From: Dicyema japonicum
Lineage: Eukaryota; Animalia; Dicyemida
Direction: 5' to 3'
Length of the DNA: 64,000 bases
NCBI GenBank assembly: GCA_011109175.1
Contig: RDEW01000045.1
Location: 364,748 to 428,747 of the forward strand
The notes under the pieces are model-generated. The model saw nothing but the letters and a program-made list of their open reading frames with translations, was not told the origin of the DNA and made no database searches. This document shows positions 12,605-23,954 of this stretch, one piece after another; positions within the stretch are counted from its first letter, which is position 1, and every line of letters starts with the position of its first letter. The translations under genes were made by a program, and so were the position numbers.

Positions 12605-13344
12605 GCCCACATTTTAATATTCGCCTTAAATAAATTCGAATATCACCTCACAATCTTCAATATATTTCGCTACTTCTCAATAAATAATTAAATGAGTTGA
12701 ATATTCTTTTAACAGGATGTGAAGTAGAAAACCACAATTTTGAAACTGTTCTTTAATCATCAAATTCTGGCGAAACTGGGAAATTGTGGTATTCTGAATG
12801 TTAATTTTATATGATGTATTATTTTAGGTCTATTATTTCTTATCTTAATTCAGAATCACAGTTTAAAATTTTGGATTTTAACGGATCAATCATACACTGA
12901 AGGAATTTCAAAATTTTGCAAATCCTAATTTTATCCATAAAATTGTAATTATTCTTTTAGCATTTATTATTGTTACATGTCCTTGTAATATCAAAAATAC
13001 TTTCACGGATTAGCCGGGACAGTCCCAGATTTTATCCCAAATTTAAGTGTCCCGTACTATCATTTTTATTATTATTCGTAATGTGGGATTTGATAATCAA
13101 AATTTCTAGTAAAAATTTCCTGATAGATATTTTCTTGTTTTTATGTGAAATTTTTTTTTCAAGAAAACCCAGGATTTTATTTATCAAAATCAATAAATGT
13201 CCGGATTTCTATAATAATAAAGTGGTAAGCCTAGCGATAAGTAGTCTTACTCATTAAGTTAAAAAACTAAATAATTTTTTTTGTGATTCATTAATTTTTT
13301 TAATTAACACGTTTTATTTAACAATAAAATATTATTTATTAACT

Positions 13345-13620
13345 ATGGGGAAGAGCGGCTACTGAAATTACGGAGTAAGCGTTTCCGCGGACAACTGCAA
13401 TTCCAATTCGTTGCCTTAGCCAGACCGCTTCCCGCACGTCTTTCTTACGGTCTGGCAAATTCCCCCCGATTTCATTCAAGAACGAGGCTTATACTTCCCA
13501 CAGCACCAGACGTCTTGATTACTACCGGTACAAAACGAAAGCGGTTTCCAATTTCACCATATTTTTTAATCTAGATTTTCTCGGCCAGATCGGTTGCCGA
13601 TCTAGCAGACTGAGTATCAT
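13345..13620 (-). mobile_element. CRE-like retrotransposon 3' REL fragment
   Basis: Minus-strand RFRFVPVVIKTSGAVG..RIGIAVVRGNAYSV is homologous to the C-terminus of 53087-55048. Confidence 0.75.
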
Positions 13621-13663
13621 CGACTTCGAGAAACAATCTACAACAGTGCTGTCCTATACGAGC

Positions 13664-16600
13664 GATAATAGTCGACAAAATTTGAGAACTTTTTCCAGTC
13701 GACATTTTTGTTGTCGGTAAATAAATCAGGTTGCTTTACAATTGACACTCTTCCTTCAAGCGTAATCATAACGGGATTATGGTCACTGCTGGTCTCGTAT
13801 AGCACCGTCCATTTTGTTAATGTTTCGATGTTTGGTGAGTAAAGAGTGAGATCGGGGGACGATGTCCTGTCATTCGATCTGTAGGGAGTCCTTGTATTGA
13901 ATGTAGGGTTGTTTAATATTATCAGGTCATCCAGATTCGATAACAATTAGTTTCCTCTGACATCGCATGGTTGGTTCTTGAACCATGTCGGATGCTTCGC
14001 ATTTAGGTCTCCACAAAGTAACATATTTTTTGATTTGTCGATTTCTGACAGGGAGAACCTGTTAAAACTGAAAACTTAAGAGTATTCATCTCTGTGGCTT
14101 GCAAAAGGAAACAATTCTCCAAAGTCGAAAGCCTTATGTTTAGTCCAGGACAGAAATTTCTTTTTTGGAGGACTGAACACGATTTGCAGTTTGTGTAAAA
14201 AAATAAAAAAAACCGTCGATTACGCTACAAGATGTGGAAAAATGTTGCATGGAATTTACGTCACAAGGCATAATGAAGTCGTACGGTGCCTTCACTTCCA
14301 TTTCTTGCAAAAAAAGGTCTCAAAAACCACTCAGTGAAAAAATTGTGATGAATGAATCGGTACAGATAAGAGTTGATACATTTATTAAAACCGAAATAAA
14401 CATTGAACACAACAAACCTGATTTATTTATCTACGACATAAAGAAAAATCTATTTTCTAATTGTGTTCAATTTTTTATAGATGTGTGATAAAAAGTAAAA
14501 CAACGAATGAATACTTAAAATTTGGAGTAATACTTTACGAGCACAACAAATAACTTCCTATGTGTCTTATGTGTAAGAAGGTTGTTACAAATGAAAGAAT
14601 AAAGCCCACAAGAATGTCAATTCATCCTGAGAAACTTGATGCAGAAGTTATTTAGTTTCTAGTCTGAAATATAATTATGAAAATCGTCTTATGATTAATC
14701 TTGAAAAAAGCATATTATTATTTTACAAAATATCGCAATTGATAGTAAAATCAAGAAAACCTCATGCTATTAGAAAGTCCTTAATATAAATGTCAAAGAA
14801 ATATTGATGATTGTGATTCTGATCTAATAAGTTAATCAATTTTTATCACAATAGTTCTGTCTCCTCCAGAATTGATGAAATGCAAAAAAATTTAAGAAAA
14901 TTAAATTTTATGAACTAAAATTAATGAGAGAATTGAATCTGCTTTCCTTCTTCTATTCTTTCAAAACAGGAACTCAGTTTTGATAACGGCGTACGTAAGA
15001 GTTGCATAAGATGTTCATCAGTTAATTGGTTGCGATATTTGGTTTTGATCCGTGTGAGTCTGCTGAACAGAGTTTCACAAACATACGTTGATCCAAATAC
15101 AGACGAATTTTTATACGCATTCGTAACCATTAAAATTCTACTTAAAAATTGTAATATTTGATTTTTCTTAAATATTGTGGTTAGGCGACTGCATTTCAAT
15201 GAGCTCCATTTGAAATTCGTCTGGAACGGTTGTAGGATCTATAGGAGTGAAAAATAATTTAATCATTGGCAAGTTATCCTTGAAATTATTAAAAATTCTA
15301 TCAAATTCTTCAATTAGATCGCGAATAACGTGAGTATATTTCTTAAGTATATTTAACACGCTTTTAGACATTAAAAATAATATTAATCTTTATTTAACAA
15401 ACAATAAAAAAGTTAATATATTTATTAATCAACAACCTTCCTCGCCTGCCTGTTCGCCAGCCTACTCAGGCAGGTTCGATTCTGGTTGCTGAAACAACTC
15501 CGAGAGCGCATTGTCAAATTGAACCCTCTGCCCATATTGCATCTCAGGGCTCTGCCTCCTATACTCCAGTGTCAAGCTCTCTAGGGTCCGCTTTAACACA
15601 GTGGACTGTAGATAGGTCTGGAGCTTCCTATCTACCCCCAACTGCTTCAGATAACCCTTGTGGTACTTTGTTGCAATTCCTTCCCACGTCACTACTATAG
15701 GAATAACGAGGACCTTGCAACCAAGCATCTGCCCCATTTCGTTTGCAAGAAAGTCATACTTCCTTTTTTTCTCCACCTCCACAGTCTGCAAACGGTCTTG
15801 AGACGTGATGCCAACTTCTATGATAAGGACTTGGCCAGACTCTTTATCGTGTACCACAATATCCGGGCTTGACTTGGACCGAGGTACGGATAACACTGTC
15901 TACCTTAATTTGGACCCTGGTGTTCTCTACTACATATTACACCTTATGAGTCCGCAACTTTCTGGTGTGGCGAATACCATACTTATTGCATAGTAGAAGA
16001 TGAAGACTCCTTACTACCTCGTTATGCCTCCACACATAGTCGTGGCAGAGCATGGATCCACATCGAGTGGCTAAATGATCAACCGACATGTTCCTTGACT
16101 TACAGTGGGGACATGTATTTGTTGATCGACCCCAAAAAATATTGCGGTCTTGCATATACGTGTACAACGCCTCCGATCGAGGTGAGTTGTCACCGTATTT
16201 TAGCCATATTGTCGACGACTTAAGGTCGACATGTAGGTTGTCTAATGCTCTGAAAAGGACCTTATGAAGGCTTTTTAAGTTGATCTTTTCCATCAAATTA
16301 TTATATTGTAATTCGATCAACGCCTTCACATTTACTAGCCCACCTTCATCAATACCATACTTAGCAGACAAAAAAGGTCTGATAGTGCCTAGGTGGATTG
16401 CCCGTGTTTCTCGGTCGTTATTATAGCGTGCTTCCTAGCAGACACACTTGACCCAGCTATCAGGGTGTCGTGCATTCGCATTAGGATACGCTCACTTAGT
16501 TGGACTACTCCACACAGTCCACGGCCGAATTTATCACGGGGTAAATATAGTCTCTCCTTATTGGCTGCCAGCACATGGACATGGTTCTCTCTGAGTACTC

Positions 16601-18008
16601 CACGGATCATAACATCCATCTCATCATACTCCTTGGGCTCCACAACACCTATGTAATAGTTTAGCAGCGAGACAGCATACTCATTTAATGCTAGGAACAA
16701 ATTCCTTGCATTTAGAGACGTCTTACATAATAACGCTGCTCTTTTACGGATGCCTTCAGTAATTTGTCGCTTTGTCTCAGGCATTATAAGGGACTTTGGA
16801 GATTCGGTAACACCCAGATACTTATATCCTTCGTGTTCCTCTAGGACTCTTACTAACTCGTTACATACTTGCGTGTTAGTCGCAGACTTTAAATAATTCA
16901 AATCTAGTCCTATACTCTCAAAGAATTCCCTGGCACAGGCCCCCATGGAGTAGAGCTCCTCGGCTGTTCGAGCATACATCTTTAGGTCATCGATAAAAAG
17001 AAGGTGATTTGTACTGAAACAAACCCCTTCACAATGAACAGGTATTTGCTCTAACTGGTCATTGAGGCGGCGACTCAATGGCTCCAAACAGAGAACAAAG
17101 AGTAGCGGAGACATGCTATCTTCCTGAAGGATCCCCCTCTTGAGTTTTACCTCGCCTATCCGGTACCTATTATAGTTCAGATGAATACTCCACCTATTCA
17201 TCACAGCCACTACAAAGCTGATGAACCACACAGGCATACACAGACTGTGTAAGCACTCGACAAGGTAAGAATGATCAACTGAATCACATCCACCCACATA
17301 GACAAAAGTGAGTTTCCGTGAGACACAGAAAGGCATTTGTTGATCAAAGCCTTCTCTTTTGCCCCCTGACAATTTCGCACAGTACCCAACTGATTTTGAC
17401 AGTGATGGATCACTCTCACTGCTTACGACATATGACTGTCTGTTTAAAATGAATACGCTGGGCTTACCTATCCATAATATTTGTCTATGAGATTTGCTTA
17501 GGACACTAATTCGTTCATCCGTATATGTTTGAATTTTTTCGTTTGGCATATTTGTCTATAAAGCTTCCACACAAGAAAAAAATTTTCAGAACCAACAATG
17601 TCACTCATTGATCATTAATATGATATGCTCTCACACAAAACAAGCTAAGATTCTAGAAGTAACATTCAACACGCTCAAAACCATGTGTCAAACGTAATCA
17701 GTCCTTCGCCACTAAAGAGTGGAGGTGCTCGTCTCAAAATTAAAAGGATCCGTAAATTGGTCAATATACACGTTGCACACTCAATTCTCCGAGCCAACTA
17801 TAACTTATTGATGCTTGGGGAACATAAATTTCAGTACAAACATGGAAAAGATCAACTCCGTTCAATCCAGTATGAACAACCAATTTCGAATCACATGACT
17901 ATTAGATTTTCTTTTCTCATTCCCTTAATTTCACTAGGATTGGAATATAATTATTGAGGAGTCTCTAGTGCAACAAACCTTAGGAAATCTCAGTCGTTTG
18001 AGGATGGG
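13664..18008. repeat. Segmental duplication, copy B (matches 1-4328)
   Basis: Colinear near-identity with 1-4328; the match ends abruptly after gaggatggg. Confidence 0.97.
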
Positions 18009-19190
18009 AATCTTTCCATTTTCCCTCTCAAGAGTTCTTTATCATGGTAACAAAGAGTTTACTCTATAGAATTCGGTTGCTTCCATGGTAATAGATGATA
18101 ACGTCCGAAAATTCGAAAATTCCGCCAAGAAAGGAGCGGCGCTGTACGGGACATTCCACGCACTTCCTCTGCGTGGTTTAGCCTCCCACATACTACCCAT
18201 GTGGAAAGCATTTCCACGTCCCGCTGGGAACATACACTATGGACATTTTCGTGTAGGCGACGGTAAAACAATCTGCGATTAAACTCAAACAGATTATTTT
18301 CTCTCCTTCTCTTACACCGACTTTCATGTGTATAGAGTTTCCTCTTATACACCATTATTGCCCCCTCTAACTCCACCTTTGCCCTCCTCAACTCTTTGAG
18401 GTCCCATTTGGGAACACGGAGTTTACTAATTTGCCCCTTTACTATAGCCGGTGCTTTTCCTCTAACCCCTCTCGCCACACTACTTATGTGCCCCTCCAGT
18501 GCTTCCAGCTCAGTCTGTCTCCAAGCAATCTTGGCACAGATCTGCTCCCTCCATTTACTGGGTGGTCTGGGCTTGTCCGTCAATTCCTCATAAGTAATCT
18601 GTGCTGCATACAGCACTAGGGAGATGTCACCCAATGACCCTACTGGCTTAGCCTCCACCGCATAAGCCACAGCCTTATTGATGCAGGTTAACACTACACT
18701 GTTAACCTTACAATGAGGAATCTTGCAGGTAAATCTACGGTCCTCAAGTAGGACATCTGCCGCTGCAGCGAGATTCCGCGCAAAGACCTCATAAACATGC
18801 TTGAGCTGCAACGTATCACAGCTCTGGTGCTCGTGCTCTCTGTGACAGTTGTGGTCACCTGGTCCCCGCCCCTTAAGACCAGTACCCTCTTTGCCTACAG
18901 CCATCTTCTTGAGTTCACTCACAGATATAGCTGTACTGAATCTGCCAATGCAGTGCTCCGCCAAGTATGGCCATCCATTCCAGGGCATTCGAGATAGCCT
19001 GCTACGTACCTGGAGGACTACCTGCCTCGCCCATTCTTTTGGGTCATCTGCCACAACGCTCTCGGATATGGCAAGAATTAAATTCATACCATCAGCTAAC
19101 GCAAATGACCCTTCTCCTATGTTCCTTTCGACATTTTTGCCAACTCGAGAGAGTTTTAACGCCACCGAATCGAACGCACGTTGCATGTTT
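15400..19190 (-). mobile_element. R4/Dong-like non-LTR retrotransposon: N-terminal region (18010-19186) plus RT-REL (15460-17410), with about 600 nt of unrelated sequence replacing the RT N-terminus
   Basis: ORF 18059-19186 (LYAAQITY..SKWREQI..NNLFEFNRRLFYRRL) is homologous to 45791-46866. RT resumes at NQLGTVRNCQGAKE. The PNWKAPG..RPITC segment seen at 45099-45830 is absent. Confidence 0.88.
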
Positions 19191-19241
19191 TTTTTTAAAT
19201 AATATTAATGATTTATTAAAATTTATTTATTTAATTTTCTC

Positions 19242-19305
19242 GTGGCGTCATGTGGTTCACCTTTTGTGGTGGCGCTCAGTGTAATAATACACCAAAAAGA
19301 ACCAT
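19242..19305 (+). ncRNA. Candidate HDV-like self-cleaving ribozyme at a retroelement 5' end
   Basis: Pairings in HDV order: P1 GGCGUC/GGCGCU, P2 UGGUUC/GAACCA, P3 ACC/GGU, P4 GUGUA/UACAC, and J4/2 starting with C followed by As. Confidence 0.55.
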
Positions 19306-19499
19306 TTGCTCTTCCCCATCCAGACTCTTTATGCCTGGATGGTATACCTCTGTTGAGGCGTACCGGGATCACTTAATTAGTTGGATTACTCCTTCTTTCT
19401 TGGTGTTCCCTTTTCGGGGTTATTAAATTAAAATTTAATGCAAAAATATTCAATATAAAAACAATAGTTAAAATATGTAATATTTTTATAATTTAAGCG

Positions 19500-21351
19500 G
19501 GCCACACCAGAGAGGGAGAGTCTTAACGAAGATCAAACAAATACAAAGATTCCTTGCCAAAAATGAAGCTGAGGAGAAAATCTCAGACATATTAAAGTAC
19601 AAGAACGGACCAAGAATGTTCAAAGCAATCCGGCTTCTTAGCAGAGAAAACTGTCCAATTTCGTTAACTGTTTATGACAACCTTGGTCACGACGTTATCG
19701 GGACCATTAACAAAGCAAACGTTCTGGCATCCATTTTGACCTTATGTTCAACAAACAGGACGCGGCTGATTAAGCAATGAAATCTCGGAAGTCTTACAAG
19801 TACACTCTAACTAGCCCTATTACCATATCCGAAACTCAACAAGCTATTAAAAAATTAAATACCGGAAGATCTGCCGGACCAGACTTCATTACTGCAGAAC
19901 TTTTACAATACGGCCCGGAGGAGCTAATTGAAATGATTACTAACATTTTCAACCGGTCTCTCGAGGGTGCAGATGAACTGGAACTGGGAAAAGGGTGGCT
20001 AATTCCACTACAAAAACCGGGAAAAAGTAAAGGCCCCCCTCACAACTTCAGACCTATTATACTCCTAACCTCCATACGAAAAACATTATCCCTCATTGCT
20101 TTAAACCGAATAAAGGAGAGGGTGAACATATTTCTTTCGGACGGCCAAAGTGGATTCCGGACGGGCAGGTCCACGGCTGACGTGGTATGGGGGCACAGGT
20201 GGTATTGTGCCCTGTGCCAAAAATACAAAAAATCTATTGAGATACTTGGTATCGACATGTCCGTGCGTTCGACTCGGTGGACCGTGGAAAACTTATGGAA
20301 GTGTTGGAGAGTTTTCTACTGCCTGACGATGTCAAAATAATACACTTACTCATGCGGAACACTCAACTTGCCGTCAAAATTGGTGACTCTACCTCTAACT
20401 TTTTTTCGACCTCACGTGGAGTTCCACAGGGGGACTCACTATCCCCGGTCCTCTTTATTGTCTACCTTGAGGCCGCACTAAGAGAGTTCAGACCCCTGGT
20501 TGGCAACAATTATAACGAGATAATCTACGCGGACGACCTGGACTTTGTTTCTGAGGATATTCAAGTACTTCAACACATGCTTAACGTTCTTCCACACGTA
20601 TTCTCGAAATGGTTCTTAACCGTTAACACCGATAAAACAGAGTTCACAACACTTACACGCAATGATCGAAGATCGGACGAGTCTTGGAGAAAGCAAAAGA
20701 AGGTGGGTTCGCTTCTCGGGGACTCAGAAGATGTTTCTCGGAGGAAAATCCTCGCAATGTGTGCACTAAAGAAAGTATCGAATATGTGGGGTCATAAGAA
20801 GAGGATGGGATTAAACACCAAACTCAGAATATATAAGGCTTTTGTCATCCCCGTCCTGACCTACAATTCAGGCACTTGGGGAATCTCTAAACAAGAGATG
20901 GACCGTCTTGACGCTTTCCACAGGACACAATTGAAATCAGTAATCAAGATCAAGTGGCCTAAGAAGATCTCAAACAATGACCTCTACTCGAAGTGCAAAT
21001 CTGGTATACTATCCGAGGAGATCTTCAGATCAAGATGGAGTCTCTTTGGACATATCTTACGTCTAAATGCTCAAGTACCCGCGAATATCGCCATGGAAAA
21101 CTACCTAATGCATACGGGAGCCGGTTTCCGTGGAAGACCAAGAGTCACACTCCCAACTATTTTGAATGGAGACCTGTCGGCCGTGGGACTGAAGCTCACT
21201 TCCGCAGACGACCTAGATACCTTAAGGGAACTGGCACGAAGTAGAGGGTCCTGGAAAAGGCTGATAGAGAGGATGGCTAGAAATACGGCACAAGGGAGGC
21301 TTGATTAATTTTATGACTTCTCGGGAGTGCTTTAAATAATAATAATAATAA
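19500..21351 (+). mobile_element. RTE-clade non-LTR retrotransposon, RT region to 3' end with (TAA)n tail
   Basis: SAGPD..ELLQ, NFRPIILL, QSGFR, GVPQGDSLSP, YADD and WSLFGHILR..RGRPR motifs; one frameshift near 20270; taataataataataa tail at about 21337-21351. Confidence 0.92.
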
Positions 21352-21639
21352 ACACCTAGTAGTAGGGGGCCGCCCTTGTAACCACTTGTTAAGATCAACA
21401 AATTTTTTAATTCAGATTGATGAATAACATGTAATGATAGTATTGCATTATTATTATTAATTTACGTACATTATGTCAATCAAAGTGATGTAATTCATGA
21501 ATAATAACCACTGAGCTAGACGATGCCGATAAAAGCTTTCCCATTTTCGTTGTTTATTAGCGTCCTTCGGTAATCCAAACACCCAGTCGCGTCCAGACTT
21601 CCCGAGCCATGCATACCGATGGTTCAGCGTCCGATCCGT

Positions 21640-22250
21640 TAATGTAGCGTAGGATCTGGTGTGAGACCTCTGGAAGCATATGTTGAAGATAGAAAGGCCG
21701 GGAAGGCGAGTTCTAGTGGTGAGCGTATTCCGATTCCTCCGTAGCGAAGAGGTAGTTTGCATTGGATCCAGCGAGTTTTATCAAAGGGAATGTTGAGTAT
21801 TTCTTCAACGGCAAACCTCAGCTTATCGTCGATGGCTCTTAAAAAGTACATATCCGTTAAACATGGAGCTGTCCGTAGAAGCAAAAGCGGTTGTGGCGTG
21901 AAGTGGAAATTCCTGAGGAAGAACAAAGCCATGTGGGAGTCGAGGGTTTGCTAATTTAATTTGAATTGTTTGAGTATTTTTATCCTCCAGGAGAGCAGAC
22001 ATATTATTGCAGTGTAGGGAAGAGCCAATAAAAATTGCATTTTCAATTTAGGTAACGAGATGCGCAGAAATAGCGGCCACTGCACGGCAGAAGTCTTCCT
22101 CTCCGCAAGCAACGTTTATAATTTCACATTAATACGGGTTCGTTCGAACCCTAATGCCGCAAGTGCAGAGATAGCAGACTCGACTTCCGCCACCACAAGT
22201 TTCCAATTACCTCCGACGGTCGCGTCCAGATACCATAGATTCAATTGAGT
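21640..22250 (-). mobile_element. CRE-like RT fragment
   Basis: WYLDATVGG, ALFFLRN and LPLRYGGIGIRS motifs, homologous to 53087-55048. Confidence 0.78.
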
Positions 22251-22296
22251 TCATATCGTCGTTGCTGCATAGTCGATACTCAAGGCGAAGAGCAGT

Positions 22297-22560
22297 GATA
22301 TCTCCGTCATATAGTCGTTTCTGTCAAAATCCATTACCGGTTGTGTCTAATTACACTACTCTTGAATGAACTGCATTTATTTCACGTAAAAATAGTTATG
22401 TCCGCTTTTAGTTCGCTGACGTTCGTTCTGGCAGTGAAGTGCTTGCAGATCTCATCTTTTTCTTTTGCAGTTTGCTGCATCTTCTTTCTTCTCTTTTTTC
22501 TTTTCACTTAGCATCACAACGACCACAACGAGTAGAACAGTAACGTTGATATAAAACTGG
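22297..22560 (-). pseudogene. Diverged fragment paralogous to the 5' end of the TRP-channel gene
   Basis: 22297-22388 aligns with 27657-27757 (shared ccattaccggttgtgtctaattaca and actgcatttatttcacgta). Confidence 0.65.
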
Positions 22561-22659
22561 AGAAACCGGAGAATATCATTTTCAAAACTTGGAATTCTAT
22601 TCCGGATTCATTTTATTAATTAAAAAAAATGCCTATGGAATTTAATTATTATTACCCCC

Positions 22660-23230
22660 AGGATCACTGGGTCAAAGAGAAAGAAATAAAAGTTCTCATC
22701 TAACATAGTGATCCCAGACCAACAAAGGAGAGAACGAGTCCGGGGGTGGGGTCGAGCAAATCTTCTCATTGGACATGGCATCGGCTCAAAATGATTGTAG
22801 ATATTTCGATAGTGTATGGAATAGAGGGCAGCTTGGTAAACTAGCCTCCTTTAAGAGGTTCCGTTGTAATTCGATTAAGAAATTTTCAATGGGCTGGATT
22901 TTGTGTTCTGGTCTAATTAACTTTATTGCAGTCTCCTCGAGTGTGGATAGTTTCAATGAGGAGGATCGTGAAATCTGCATTGCCCATGAAGGATTTGCAT
23001 ACGTCATCGTGGGTCGGATAAATTGTTCATAAATCGTGGCAAGGTTACCAGTTTGGTCTCTAAGTGTTTTTGAGAGCACTTTTAAAATTCTAATTTTCTT
23101 CAGAGCAGAAGTTACTTTGTTTTCAACATGTCGGATAAAGGTGACTCCCTGACCAAAGGTGACTCCTAGAATTATCGGTGTTTTGTTATTAGGAATAGCC
23201 TGGTTCTTTATAAAGATTTTTGGTTCGAAA
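22660..23230 (-). mobile_element. Ingi/Jockey-like retrotransposon post-RT / 3' fragment (related pieces at about 23450-23940, 28440-28770 and 55100-55450)
   Basis: TPIILGVTF, IYEQFIRPTMTYANPSW and LEETAIKLI motifs typical of the region downstream of LINE RT. Confidence 0.7.
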
Positions 23231-23954
23231 AAGTTTTTCTCATATGAATTATTATTAAATTTAAGTTAAGGAACAATATTACAGACTCGAATCTAGAATC
23301 AAACCTCGAATTAAAATTGACTAGTTATGACCCAGACATCAGACAATTGTCGAAAGAAATGAGGAATTATATCTCTTATTAATTTCCTTACTAATCATTG
23401 GACTTTTGATTAGGATAACTGGTAAGCAAAAAAGGTGGCTCTTCAATTTTTCGTAATTTCCAAAAATGTCAATAAGTGGCCCTTCTCCAAAAGTATTTGC
23501 CGACCATTGGCCTAGACCATCCCTGCCACTTTCTATGCAAACCGCAAAACAGAAGAAAAATTATTATGACAACCAGTGAGTTGTCACGAATGCTATCATT
23601 CATCCCTTTCACCCCAAATGGCAGGAGTTGTCTGAAAAAGATACACGATTTTGTTTCTACGAGAAACATCAGAAGACTCGAAAATAATAAAATACTACAC
23701 TGGCCAATAGACCAATCAGAATCCTCTCTTCCGAGGGATATCTGAGTAGACCTGCCTCGTCTACGATGTGGGCATCACCCCTATTTACTACGCGTTGACA
23801 ACAAATCACCTATTTGAATGTCATGAATTAGCACTACGTTCGTCTACAATGCCGGGACTGACCGATCTATAAAAGCGACCAACATCTGCTGCGTCTAATT
23901 TAATAGCTGCTGGCCTCCAAACCATTGTAATAAAAAATATTAAATAAAATAATG

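Noticed and set aside
13005-13233. hAT-type MITE end (GTCCC repeats, terminal tggtaagccta)
   Set aside because: Only one plausible terminus was found, with no matching inverted end or TSD.
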